Virus record (IMG/VR): IMGVR_UViG_3300027969_002800
Coordinates: 1-64,000 of that record
Length of the DNA stretch: 64,000 nucleotides
From: a virus
Direction: 5' to 3' (one strand)
Position 1 is the first letter of the stretch. Every line of letters begins with the position of its first letter. The notes below the pieces were generated by a model. The model was given only the letters and a program-made list of their open reading frames with translations, did not search any database and was not told the DNA's origin. Position numbers and translations under genes: made by a program. Below, piece by piece: positions 42,749-52,355 of the stretch.

Positions 42749-45043
42749 ATGAATCAATTTTGCGAAGCTATTCCATGCCCTGTTATACTAAATGCTACTT
42801 GCGTATTCTACGAAGGAGCTAGTTTAGTATGTTCAGGAATCAACACTAATGATACCCTTGAAACTGTCATAGTTAAATTAAATCAAAAACTATGTAATGT
42901 TAGTGGAACATCTGGTACAAGCGGCACTAGTGGGACCAGTGGTACAACTGGTACATCAGGAAGTAGTGGATCTTCTGGCACTAGTGGTTCAAGTGGAACA
43001 TCTGCAACTAGTGGTACCACAGGTACTAGCGGAACTTCAGGGAGCTCAGGATCAACAGGTGATAGATATAAAACATCTTCTACAACAGATTTCACATTAG
43101 GATATGCAGGAACGCTCACCGTTGATACTGGATTAGCATATACAACAGGACAATCTATTATAATAGTTCATGATATTAATAACTATCAAGAATGTGTTAC
43201 TATTTCTTATGATACACTTACAGGTATATTAATATTTGATACACCAAATTTAACTATAGGTGGAGGAGCTTTTACATCATGGACTGTAAATCTTGATGGT
43301 GCTACAGGTGGTGATGGTTCTTCAGGCACATCGGGTACCACTGGTACATCTGGTACATCTGGCTCAACAGGTACAAATGGTACAAGTGGAACTACAGGAA
43401 CATCAGGTAGTACAGGCTCTAATGGTACATCTGGAACTACAGGTTCAAACGGAACAAGTGGCACAACTGGTACTTCTGGTAGTACAGGCACATCTGGTAC
43501 TAGTGGAAGTAATGGAAGCAATGGAACATCGGGCACCACAGGAACATCTGGTTCTAATGGATCTAATGGTACGTCAGGAATAAATGGTGTGAGTGGTACA
43601 TCTGGATCTAATGGAAGTAGCGGAACATCAGGATATGATGGAATAAATGGTACAAGCGGTACCACTGGAACTAGTGGTACAACTGGATCTAATGGAACTA
43701 GTGGTAACACTGGAAGTAGTGGAACTTCTGGTACGACAGGTACTAGTGGTTCATCATCAACTTCTGGTACATCAGGAACTACAGGAACTAGTGGTACTAG
43801 TGGAGTTAATGGTATATCATCAGGACAGGTTTATTATTTTAATGAATCTATCACTCAAACACCATATAAAGAATTTTCACCTATATCAACAAGTGGAATT
43901 CAACAAACTATAAGTGCTACTATTGCAAGTGGTATAACATCAACTATTCAATCATATTTAACACCTTCAACTTATCCAAATATTGCAGTAATACCATTAG
44001 GTGTATGGTCATTCTACTTACACGCATATAAACAAAACAGTAATGCAAGTTTTGATATATTCTGTGAAGTTTATAAAAGAACAACAGGAGGAGTTGAAAC
44101 TTTATTATTTTCAACTGACCCAGCACCTGTAACATCAAATTCACCAAATCCATCAATGATATTATCTGATGGGTTTCAGGGAGGATTTTCAATAAATACA
44201 ACAGATAGAATATTAATTAAAGTTAGAGCAACTAATACATCAAATCAATCACATACAATTACCTTTGTTACTGAAGGAACAACTCATTATTCTTTTGCTC
44301 AAACAACATTAGGTGTAGTTAATAGTTCATCTGGTACTAGTGGATCTTCAGGAACTTCTGGTGGAACTGGTTCGAGTGGAAGTGCTGGAACATCAGGTAC
44401 TAGTGGTAATACAGGATTACCTGGAACAAGTGGGACTTCAGGGAGTAATGGAAGCAACGGAACAAGTGGATTACTAGGATCATTAGCTGTTATAGGAAGT
44501 AGTTCTAACTCAAGTGGAGCTTCATTATCAGGAAATATATTAACTCTACAACCTGCTTCTGCTTTATTTGGAGGTGTTGTTACAACGGGTACACAAACAT
44601 TTGCAGGAGTTAAAACTTTTAGCTCTTCACCATTTGCTCCAACACCAACAATTGGATTAAATGATACTACATTAGCCACTACAGCTTTTGTTAATGCCAG
44701 TATTCCTGGAAATATAGTATATAATATATTAATTACTTCAACAGCAAACATAACTACACAGACAACTGGAACTTCTGGAGGATTATCTTATTTACAAAAC
44801 GGTAGGAATGTAATGATTAATAATAGTGCAACAGCAATTACTGTAGATACAACATCTGCAGTTACAGATTTTATTGCCAGTTATACTAAAGTAGGTACCG
44901 CAAATATAACATTTATTGGTACAGGGATAACATTTGTTAATGCAATTAATGGAGTTGTATTAAGTGGTCTTCCTGGGAGTACTGCTTTATTAGTAAAAAA
45001 TGCATCTAACGTATATTTATCAATTAATAACTTAGAAACATAA
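42749..45043 (+). CDS. Tail fibre-like protein with collagen-like (G-T/S-S/T/N)n repeats
   Basis: Three G-X-Y tracts of SGT/SGS/TGT; Cys-containing N-terminal CVFYEG...TNDTLE module; GTQTFAGVKTF fibre motif. Confidence 0.75.
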   Translation: MNQFCEAIPCPVILNATCVFYEGASLVCSGINTNDTLETVIVKLNQKLCNVSGTSGTSGTSGTSGTTGTSGSSGSSGTSGSSGTSATSGTTGTSGTSGSSGSTGDRYKTSSTTDFTLGYAGTLTVDTGLAYTTGQSIIIVHDINNYQECVTISYDTLTGILIFDTPNLTIGGGAFTSWTVNLDGATGGDGSSGTSGTTGTSGTSGSTGTNGTSGTTGTSGSTGSNGTSGTTGSNGTSGTTGTSGSTGTSGTSGSNGSNGTSGTTGTSGSNGSNGTSGINGVSGTSGSNGSSGTSGYDGINGTSGTTGTSGTTGSNGTSGNTGSSGTSGTTGTSGSSSTSGTSGTTGTSGTSGVNGISSGQVYYFNESITQTPYKEFSPISTSGIQQTISATIASGITSTIQSYLTPSTYPNIAVIPLGVWSFYLHAYKQNSNASFDIFCEVYKRTTGGVETLLFSTDPAPVTSNSPNPSMILSDGFQGGFSINTTDRILIKVRATNTSNQSHTITFVTEGTTHYSFAQTTLGVVNSSSGTSGSSGTSGGTGSSGSAGTSGTSGNTGLPGTSGTSGSNGSNGTSGLLGSLAVIGSSSNSSGASLSGNILTLQPASALFGGVVTTGTQTFAGVKTFSSSPFAPTPTIGLNDTTLATTAFVNASIPGNIVYNILITSTANITTQTTGTSGGLSYLQNGRNVMINNSATAITVDTTSAVTDFIASYTKVGTANITFIGTGITFVNAINGVVLSGLPGSTALLVKNASNVYLSINNLET

Positions 45044-47148
45044 TGAATCCAGCTATTTATTATTTATCAGGAGTGGAGGCTTATCCAGATTATATTCCAA
45101 CTGAAGTTTTTATTGGTGGACAGATATGGGATCAAAAAAACTTAAATACAGCTAGATATAGAGATGGAACTCCAATACCAACATCAACTGCATGGGTTGG
45201 AGCCACAACTGGTATATGGAGATATTATTCTAACCTGCGTACTAATGGTCCAATTTATGGAAGACTGTACAATTGGTATGCAGCTATGGGAATATGGGAT
45301 GCGGCATCATTAACAGATCCTTTATTAAGAAAAAATATAGCACCAACAGGATGGAGAGTAGCCACAGAAGCTGATTGGGCACAGTTAGCAAGTTATGTAA
45401 CATCTTTAACACCAACTGGTACTGTTGGTAATAAATTAAGAGAGATTGGTACATCATATTGGACATTTTTTAGTGGAGCATCGGGCACAGATCTGGTTTC
45501 GTTTAAAGCAAGGGGGTCAGGGCAAAAAGCTGCAAATGGAACTTTTAGTTCATTAACTCTAGGAGCAGCTTGGTGGACAGCAACTACATCAAATACAATT
45601 GCTAGATATATTGATTATAATAACACCGCATTACTTACGTCAACTGGGGTAAGTGCTAATGTAGGCTGGTCAATTAGATTAATCAAAGAAGATATTATAA
45701 TACCTGGATTTGACACAACAGCAGCAAGCAATATAGCTGTAACATCTGTAACTAGTGGAGCTACATTCTCAGATTTGCCATCAACACCAAGTTTATCTGA
45801 TAAGGGTATATGCTACGGAACTGAAAGTTTACCTAATGTAGTAACTAATTCTTTTATTTCTGCTGGTAGTGGTACCACACCAAATCCTTATATTATAGAT
45901 ATAACAGGGTTGACACCAAATGTAACTTATTATATCAGGGCTTATGCAACGCTAGCAGATGGTAGTGGGGTTGCATACTCTACTACTGTAGTTTCATTTA
46001 CAACACCAGATGGATTCCCAACAGTTACTACAGATGCTATTAGTGACAATACTACAGGTAGCACTGCAACAAGTGGGGGTAATGTAACAAGTGATGGGGG
46101 ATTTACATTATTCGCAAGAGGTGTATGTTGGAGTACTTCAGTTAATCCAACAATAGCAAATTCAAAAACTGTTGATGGTTCAACTACAGGAGCATTTACA
46201 AGCAGTATTACAGGTCTATCACCAGACATTGCTTATAATGTTAGAGCTTATGCAACTAATTTTGATGGGACAACATATAGAACAGCTTACGGAGCTAATG
46301 TTGCGTTTAGTACACCTTCTTTAACAGTATTGCTATACGCATACTCAATTAGAAGAGTTGTACCAGGATATACTGGACCACTAATAAGGGTTAGAAATGG
46401 GTCCTTAGCTGGATCTCCTCAGTTTGATATTCCACAAGATGGTAGCGGTAATTTAGATACTACATATTTAATATCTGTAATTAGTTTAGCAAACGTAGGG
46501 TATGTAACTACGTTTTATGATCAAACAGGTAGTGGTAAAAATATGATAACAGGAACTTCTGCTGGTAGAGAACCTATAATAGTTAATACAGGGAAAGTAT
46601 TAGTAACTAAAACAGGTCCAGATGGTATAACAGTAAGACCAGCTACTAGATGGGGACTTAATTTTTGCAACATGGCTATTACAGGTGTGTCTATTCAAGC
46701 AAATTATTCTTCAATATTTATTGTTTGTTCTAATAACACAAGTTCACTTACTCAACGTGGTATTAGCTTTGGAAGTAACTTTGTTACTAACTTTACAATT
46801 TTCCCTTATGTAGTTAGTGGGGTTTCTGACAGATTATTCTATAACAATGCAAGTAGAATAACCATGGGTACTACGTCTACTGCAAGCAAAATATATAGTA
46901 TGTTAGCTAAACCAACAGGGGTACAAGCTTGGAAAAATAATGTACAAATTGGGGGAGAAGTACTCATAACAAATCCATCAAATACTGCAACATCTGTTAT
47001 TATAGGTGCAAATATAAATACTGGTACTGAATTATTTAATGGTACAATACAAGAGATATTATTTTACGTAGGAGATTTATATCCAACTGGACCTACTAGT
47101 AGATCATCAATAACAGCAGACGCAATGACTTATTACGGAATAACATAA
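45043..47148 (+). CDS. Receptor-binding/fibre protein: FISUMP domain, two FN3-like repeats, C-terminal ConA/arabinofuranosidase-B-like domain
   Basis: YGRLYNWYA; SGGNVTSDGG...RGVCWST...YNVRAYATN; AYSIRRV...YTGPLIRVR. Confidence 0.75.
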   Translation: MNPAIYYLSGVEAYPDYIPTEVFIGGQIWDQKNLNTARYRDGTPIPTSTAWVGATTGIWRYYSNLRTNGPIYGRLYNWYAAMGIWDAASLTDPLLRKNIAPTGWRVATEADWAQLASYVTSLTPTGTVGNKLREIGTSYWTFFSGASGTDLVSFKARGSGQKAANGTFSSLTLGAAWWTATTSNTIARYIDYNNTALLTSTGVSANVGWSIRLIKEDIIIPGFDTTAASNIAVTSVTSGATFSDLPSTPSLSDKGICYGTESLPNVVTNSFISAGSGTTPNPYIIDITGLTPNVTYYIRAYATLADGSGVAYSTTVVSFTTPDGFPTVTTDAISDNTTGSTATSGGNVTSDGGFTLFARGVCWSTSVNPTIANSKTVDGSTTGAFTSSITGLSPDIAYNVRAYATNFDGTTYRTAYGANVAFSTPSLTVLLYAYSIRRVVPGYTGPLIRVRNGSLAGSPQFDIPQDGSGNLDTTYLISVISLANVGYVTTFYDQTGSGKNMITGTSAGREPIIVNTGKVLVTKTGPDGITVRPATRWGLNFCNMAITGVSIQANYSSIFIVCSNNTSSLTQRGISFGSNFVTNFTIFPYVVSGVSDRLFYNNASRITMGTTSTASKIYSMLAKPTGVQAWKNNVQIGGEVLITNPSNTATSVIIGANINTGTELFNGTIQEILFYVGDLYPTGPTSRSSITADAMTYYGIT

Positions 47149-47157
47149 CATATATAT

Positions 47158-47517
47158 ATGATAACAATTAACACAAACAAAGAAATCGAAATACGTAATA
47201 TTACTTATGAAGTAATAGGAAGTAAAATAATTAGTCTATCAATTCAGAAGATTGAACAGGACAGAAATGGTGTAACAGCTACTGGATTTTATTATTATAC
47301 TGATGATGAAGGTATGGTGGTAAAGCTAAAGGATAACAGGACATATATGACCTGGGATCAGATAGCTGAAGTTGAGTTTAATAGCATGCCACCAATGACG
47401 GATGTAAACTACAAAGAAGCAAACTTCGAGAGATTGCGTGAGTTTACAATACTTAAGTTGACTCAGGAGTCTGGACAGAACTTTGGTATTAACATTGAGG
47501 ACTGGGATTTGTCATGA
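47158..47517 (+). CDS. Hypothetical protein (possible fibre chaperone)
   Basis: ORF follows the fibre genes; function is a guess. Confidence 0.5.
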   Translation: MITINTNKEIEIRNITYEVIGSKIISLSIQKIEQDRNGVTATGFYYYTDDEGMVVKLKDNRTYMTWDQIAEVEFNSMPPMTDVNYKEANFERLREFTILKLTQESGQNFGINIEDWDLS

Positions 47518-47831
47518 TACTGTTTATACTAGCATATATACTTTACTTACCACTGAGTTTAGTCAACTGGTTATTTGTTAAGAACAAGTCTGGGTACTTT
47601 AAGAGCAGTGCTATTAACTTAGACAAGTTTGGAAATAGAGAGTTTAGAACTTTATTTAATAAGGTACTTGTTACTGGATATAAGTTTGGTAATATAAATG
47701 AAACTATATCCTCAGTGCTAGGTAAGAATCAATTGACAAACACCCTTACAAAAGGTGGTAAGATATTAGTTTGGATTTTAGATAAGATAGATAATAATCA
47801 CGTATTAAAATCAATAGATAAAAAATTATGA
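47514..47831 (+). CDS. Small membrane protein
   Basis: N-terminal hydrophobic helix; DKFGN...ETISSVLG motif common in phages. Confidence 0.6.
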   Translation: MILFILAYILYLPLSLVNWLFVKNKSGYFKSSAINLDKFGNREFRTLFNKVLVTGYKFGNINETISSVLGKNQLTNTLTKGGKILVWILDKIDNNHVLKSIDKKL

Positions 47832-47917
47832 CAAATCAAGACAAAAACTGGATCTTATTTTGGGTGTATGTTATTATAACAGCAACATCCGTTCTTTATT
47901 TAACTAATCAATTGTAA
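47828..47917 (+). CDS. 29-aa membrane peptide (not in ORF track)
   Basis: ATGA overlap with the previous stop; MTNQDKNWILFWVYVIITATSVLYLTNQL. Confidence 0.45.
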   Translation: MTNQDKNWILFWVYVIITATSVLYLTNQL

Positions 47918-47943
47918 ACCCTCTATATGAGGGTTTTTATTTC
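47916..47943 (+). terminator. Rho-independent terminator at a convergence point
   Basis: AAACCCTC-TATAT-GAGGGTTT followed by TTATTT. Confidence 0.75.
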
Positions 47944-50013
47944 TGCTATTACCATCTCTGGAGTTATACTAGTCTGACATTCAAACTGTCTTTCTGTACC
48001 TTTATGGACAGGGCACCAATTCCAATCTCCTTTATCAAACTTATACTCTGCTTTATTCCAACATCCATGACATACATTTGTATTAACTGGTCTATGGCAT
48101 GAAAACTCATGATCTTTATCAGTGAAGTTAGATATCATAATCACTTCCTTATCAAGAGCCCAAGCTAACCAGCTTAAACCTGATGATAATCCTATAAAGA
48201 ATTTACTATCATTTATAACTTGTATAGTGTTTTCTATAGATTTATCATCTAATGGCATACAATGTTTAAAAGGATTATTTTCTAATGATACATTGATAAC
48301 ATTATATCCTACTGTATGTAAATAGTCTATTATAGATTGCCAGTTTTCTCTAGTCCAAAACTTACATCCAGCTGTACTATTAGTTGCTATACACACATAC
48401 CTACCTACTCTATAAGATTCATAATGTGTTATTCTAGGTCTAATTTCTATATACTCAAGACCTAAAATGTTTGTAGCTGTTTTCTGGAGAGGAATTGTAT
48501 TAGGAAGAACAGGTTCTTTATTATCATTATAGAACCAACCAAGTTTATACATTGCATACAGATCATTAACTACAGTGCCTGGTTCTACAAACTCAAGCTC
48601 TGTATAAACGTCAAGTATTTTGTTCCAAAAACTTGACACAATCACATGGCAATTGTGCTTCTTTTTAAACTCAAGAGCATAAGGTATCCAAGCTAATGTA
48701 TCTCCCAATGAAGAACTATCAAAAGCAATATACACTCTCTTATCTGTTAGATCTATTATCTTATTGTACACTTCTACACCATCCTTGTACACTATAGTTT
48801 GCCACATAGTGAAGTATTCTCTACTAAGTCTTATCCAATGGTTGCACTTTATTGTATCATAATGAACTAATAATTGTGTTTCAAAATCATGAAACTCTAC
48901 ATCAAATGTGCTATCACTGGTTCCTGTTATCTCAAGGAATGGTTGTCCAACAAAATTTTGTATGATATTATAATCATTTACAGGCTTTTTGTTTGGAATA
49001 ACGGACATTGCTTTCTCATATAATGATATGTGATGTTTAGCAAAATCATCAGTTGTATTATTAAATGGTGTGTCATATGTCCAACCATAGTTTAATATTG
49101 TTTCTAATTGAGTCTTTGGATCTTCATTAATTTTTGTTATATACCTAACAAACATATCCTTATATTGAGGAAGATTTCTAGCAAGGATAGGTAAGCCATA
49201 ACTAATAGCTTCTCTAAGTACAAGAGGATTACATTCCCATGTGCTGTTAAACATAAATGCATCTGCAGCTTTCATAAATCTATCTATGTCATCTCTTTCT
49301 CCCCATACAGTAACATTATCAGGAAGATTTTTCATTAGTGGTTTCCAATAGTCTTCAAAGTTCCCAGCTTGATTGCCTACAAAGTGAAACTCTACATATG
49401 GTAGAGATCTAGCTATCTCAATTCCCTCTCCTTGATTCTTTCCTTTGGTCCATAGTCCTACATTAACTACATGCTTTTTTCTACTATCCATTCCTAGATA
49501 TGCTTTACTAAACAGTTTGTCTTTTGGAGAAACAATCTGTTTGTCTATAGGGAACTCAATCACTTGTTTGTAACCATCTACATTAGCAAATGTATCTAAG
49601 TGATAGGGAGTACAGAAAGCATATGCATCAGGTGTAAATATCTTCTCATTAGGATTGAAAGAAACATCATGACAAGTCTCAACTATTCTATATTTCCTAT
49701 CAGGAGAGTAAAGTCTTCTTATCATCTTAGGATCTAGTCTTTCAGACATCTCATCTATGTGTATGATGTCTGGCTTAAACTCTTCTACAGCCTTAAAGAT
49801 TCTCATCTTATCTTCGTTCAGTGTATATAAGCCTGTAAGCTTTATAATTTCATCTCTCTGTACAACATAATCTTTGCTGTAACATTGATATTCCACCACT
49901 TGAATTGATACATTTGGCAGAGTTTGCAATGCTTGTATTCTCTTAAGAAGGAATGCTGGCATACCACCTGTTGAAGTGTGAGGAGCAAGGAATAGAATTT
50001 TTAGTTTAGACAT
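47923..50013 (-). CDS. GT4 glycosyltransferase fused to a TibC/AAH-like (autotransporter O-heptosyltransferase family) domain
   Basis: N-terminal TGGMP...KGKNQ...WECNPLVLREAISYGLP (GT4); C-terminal SLGDTLAWIPY, FIGLSSGLSWLAWA, CHGCWN...WCP...RQFEC. Confidence 0.8.
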   Translation of the reverse strand: MSKLKILFLAPHTSTGGMPAFLLKRIQALQTLPNVSIQVVEYQCYSKDYVVQRDEIIKLTGLYTLNEDKMRIFKAVEEFKPDIIHIDEMSERLDPKMIRRLYSPDRKYRIVETCHDVSFNPNEKIFTPDAYAFCTPYHLDTFANVDGYKQVIEFPIDKQIVSPKDKLFSKAYLGMDSRKKHVVNVGLWTKGKNQGEGIEIARSLPYVEFHFVGNQAGNFEDYWKPLMKNLPDNVTVWGERDDIDRFMKAADAFMFNSTWECNPLVLREAISYGLPILARNLPQYKDMFVRYITKINEDPKTQLETILNYGWTYDTPFNNTTDDFAKHHISLYEKAMSVIPNKKPVNDYNIIQNFVGQPFLEITGTSDSTFDVEFHDFETQLLVHYDTIKCNHWIRLSREYFTMWQTIVYKDGVEVYNKIIDLTDKRVYIAFDSSSLGDTLAWIPYALEFKKKHNCHVIVSSFWNKILDVYTELEFVEPGTVVNDLYAMYKLGWFYNDNKEPVLPNTIPLQKTATNILGLEYIEIRPRITHYESYRVGRYVCIATNSTAGCKFWTRENWQSIIDYLHTVGYNVINVSLENNPFKHCMPLDDKSIENTIQVINDSKFFIGLSSGLSWLAWALDKEVIMISNFTDKDHEFSCHRPVNTNVCHGCWNKAEYKFDKGDWNWCPVHKGTERQFECQTSITPEMVIAEIKTLI

Positions 50014-50037
50014 TGTTTAGACATTAGTTTAGACATT
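50004..50037 (-). repeat. Three copies of AATGTCTAAAC spanning the glycosyltransferase start codon
   Basis: GTTTAGACATT at 50004, 50015 and 50027 on the + strand. Confidence 0.95.
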
Positions 50038-50050
50038 CGACTTTTAAAAA

Positions 50051-50058
50051 CAAAGATA
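50051..50058 (-). promoter_or_regulatory. -7 promoter element TATCTTTG for the glycosyltransferase
   Basis: Matches the Bacteroidota TAnnTTTG consensus in the divergent intergenic region. Confidence 0.55.
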
Positions 50059-50078
50059 TAAAAATATATTTAGTTTAT

Positions 50079-50141
50079 GCTATATTATGAAGGAAATCTC
50101 CTCAGACCATTTTATTATATGGAATATATGATTTACATTTG
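50079..50141 (+). promoter_or_regulatory. Lysis-operon promoter: GCTATATTAT box plus TACATTTG -7
   Basis: TACATTTG at 50134-50141; box 55 bp upstream. Confidence 0.6.
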
Positions 50142-50222
50142 TTATAAAATGTCATAATTATTATTTGCATACAATTACCTCTTCGAATTGTATATATGTT
50201 ATAACAATCCCGCCACTTTATT

Positions 50223-50546
50223 ATGGAAAAACTAGTTGAAAAACAAATAGAAAAAGAATTAAAAAGCATGGACCAACGCCTATATGATCTAGAGGAGAAG
50301 ATGACTTCTATAGATACAAAACTAACACAAGTTGTAGACGCAATATTAGGAAACGCATTAACAAAGACAGGGGGATTTGTTGCTGATATAACAGAGCTTA
50401 AAGCTAAAATAAAAACACTAGAAGCTAAACTGGAAAAACAAGAGAGCTTTAAGAATAAAGTGTTATGGACAGTAGGTGTAGTAGTGGCTATTGGTGTTAT
50501 ATTACAATACATAGCAAGTATATATTATAATCTAAAGCGAGCATGA
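50223..50546 (+). CDS. Coiled-coil protein with C-terminal TM helix (holin/lysis-associated)
   Basis: Heptad pattern; VLWTVGVVVAIGVILQYI; lies in the lysis module. Confidence 0.55.
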   Translation: MEKLVEKQIEKELKSMDQRLYDLEEKMTSIDTKLTQVVDAILGNALTKTGGFVADITELKAKIKTLEAKLEKQESFKNKVLWTVGVVVAIGVILQYIASIYYNLKRA

Positions 50547-51154
50547 GTTTTATAAAAAAGAATTATATATTTTTGATTATAGCAATCTTAGTTTCTATAA
50601 TCTTATTACAGAGATGTGGAGCTGATAAACCTATTAAGCCTGTACCACCAACTGTAAAGATAGACACTGTGTGGGTTAAACACGACAGTGTAATATATTC
50701 TAAGCCTAAGATAGTAACAGTTATTAAAGGAGTTCCTCAGATACAATATGTACCAGATACATCTTATGCAAAGCTTGTTGTACAATACAAAAGTTTAGTT
50801 GATCTGTGTACAGCAAAGAATGTATACTCAGATACATTGAAAATAGATTCTATTGGATATATAAATGTTTTAGATACAATTTCAAAAAACAGAATACAAG
50901 GAAGAAGATTCAAGTATAACTTAAAATATCCAGTGGTCACTAAGACAATCACACTTCAAGCACCTCCTAAAACACAAGTGTATATAGGTGGAGGATTACA
51001 AGGAAACCAGTACAACATAGTAAATCAGTTTAATGCAGGATTATTGCTTAAGACTAAGAAAGATAAAATCTATGGGGTGTATACAGGTATAGATACAGAT
51101 GGTAGAATACAATATGGCTTACAAAGCTATTGGAAGATAAAATTAGGCAAGTGA
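50543..51154 (+). CDS. Exported/lipoprotein, spanin-like
   Basis: N-terminal hydrophobic helix ending LLQRC; DTV repeats; beta-rich C-terminus; next to the endolysin. Confidence 0.5.
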   Translation: MSFIKKNYIFLIIAILVSIILLQRCGADKPIKPVPPTVKIDTVWVKHDSVIYSKPKIVTVIKGVPQIQYVPDTSYAKLVVQYKSLVDLCTAKNVYSDTLKIDSIGYINVLDTISKNRIQGRRFKYNLKYPVVTKTITLQAPPKTQVYIGGGLQGNQYNIVNQFNAGLLLKTKKDKIYGVYTGIDTDGRIQYGLQSYWKIKLGK

Positions 51155-51417
51155 CAATAAGACTATTTAAATACATAGAACCATTATGGTTAGGGACCAA
51201 CAGTAAGATATCTATACGCAAGATCTTATCGTTGGCTTTTTCTATTGATTTAATAAAGAACATATCATATACAATACATAGTTGGGAAACAGGTAAATCA
51301 TATTCTGATGTAGCTATGTTATTAGGACTAGAAGCTGCTCTTATAGCTGCTCTCCTATCACTCACCACATATTCAACTATGGTGGCAAATAAAAAATCAA
51401 ACACAGAAATAGACTAA
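51151..51417 (+). CDS. Putative holin
   Basis: Two hydrophobic segments; directly upstream of the endolysin; GTGA overlap start assumed. Confidence 0.5.
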   Translation: MTIRLFKYIEPLWLGTNSKISIRKILSLAFSIDLIKNISYTIHSWETGKSYSDVAMLLGLEAALIAALLSLTTYSTMVANKKSNTEID

Positions 51418-51836
51418 TGGTAACAAGTGCACAAGCTTTAAAGAAATACGGAGATCCAACTAAAGAATCTGGTATGACATTATGGGATGTACCAAAAGAA
51501 TTAGAAATAGGCGTTCTACCTAAGAGATTATATTGTAACAAAGATATGATCCTACCACTAACCAAAGCTTTTAAAAATCTTATATCTACAGGATGTGTTA
51601 AAGAATTAAAAACTTGGGATGGTTGTTTCAATATAAGAAAGAAAAGAGGACTCACATCAATGTCTTTACATTCATGGGGAATTGCTATTGATGTGAACGC
51701 TGCATGGAATGGATTAAATAAAGAGCCACAATTGAGTAAAGAGTTTGTGAACTGTTTTACAACAGCAGGATTTGAATGGGGAGGAACCTGGACTGGTAGG
51801 GTCGATGGTATGCACTTTCAATTAAGTAAAATATAA
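51417..51836 (+). CDS. Endolysin, M15 family Zn peptidase
   Basis: FNIR, SLHSWGIAIDVN, WGGTW and DGMHFQ motifs. Confidence 0.9.
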   Translation: MVTSAQALKKYGDPTKESGMTLWDVPKELEIGVLPKRLYCNKDMILPLTKAFKNLISTGCVKELKTWDGCFNIRKKRGLTSMSLHSWGIAIDVNAAWNGLNKEPQLSKEFVNCFTTAGFEWGGTWTGRVDGMHFQLSKI

Positions 51837-51839
51837 TAT

Positions 51840-52355
51840 ATGTGGAAAGATATTAAAGATTACGAAGGTTTATACTGGATAAATGAACTAGGTGAAGTTA
51901 AAAATAGATTTAATAAGATTAAGAAAACTGTAACATCTTTATATTGTAAGTATCCATCTATAATATTGGAAAAAAATAATGTAAAGAAAATATTTATGGT
52001 TCATAGATTAGTTGCAATTTATTTTATAGATAATCCTAATAATAAATCACAAGTAAATCATATTGATAAAGATAAATCTAATTACAAAAAAGATAATCTG
52101 GAATGGGTAACCCCAAAAGAAAATATGGAACATCATTATAAGAATGGCGGTGTTAAGAGAAATAATCAAACTTATAAGAATAAATTTGGTTCAGAGCATA
52201 ACAGAAGTATTAAAATAGAGAGTAATGGAATTGTGTACGAAGGTATATCAGATGCAAGTAGAAAATTAGGAATACCAATTTCAACTATTCATTATTCTTT
52301 AAGTAATAACAAATTAATGCGAAATGGAATGCATTTCCAATTGAAATCTATATAA
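51840..52355 (+). mobile_element. NUMOD4-HNH homing endonuclease
   Basis: WKDIKDYEGLY, VHRLVA, VNHIDKDKSN...NLEWVT..EN. Confidence 0.9.

Noticed and set aside
42883-44751. Pro/Val-rich antisense ORFs and apparent repeat array
   Set aside because: Shadows of the (GTS)n coding repeats. There are no constant repeats with unique spacers, so this is not a CRISPR array.
45560-45690. Second FISUMP domain as the DGR template for 5720-5869
   Set aside because: It is internal to a coding gene, too divergent and not AAC-rich.
50102-51655. Minus-strand ORFs across the lysis module
   Set aside because: Antisense to well-supported + strand genes and without recognisable motifs.
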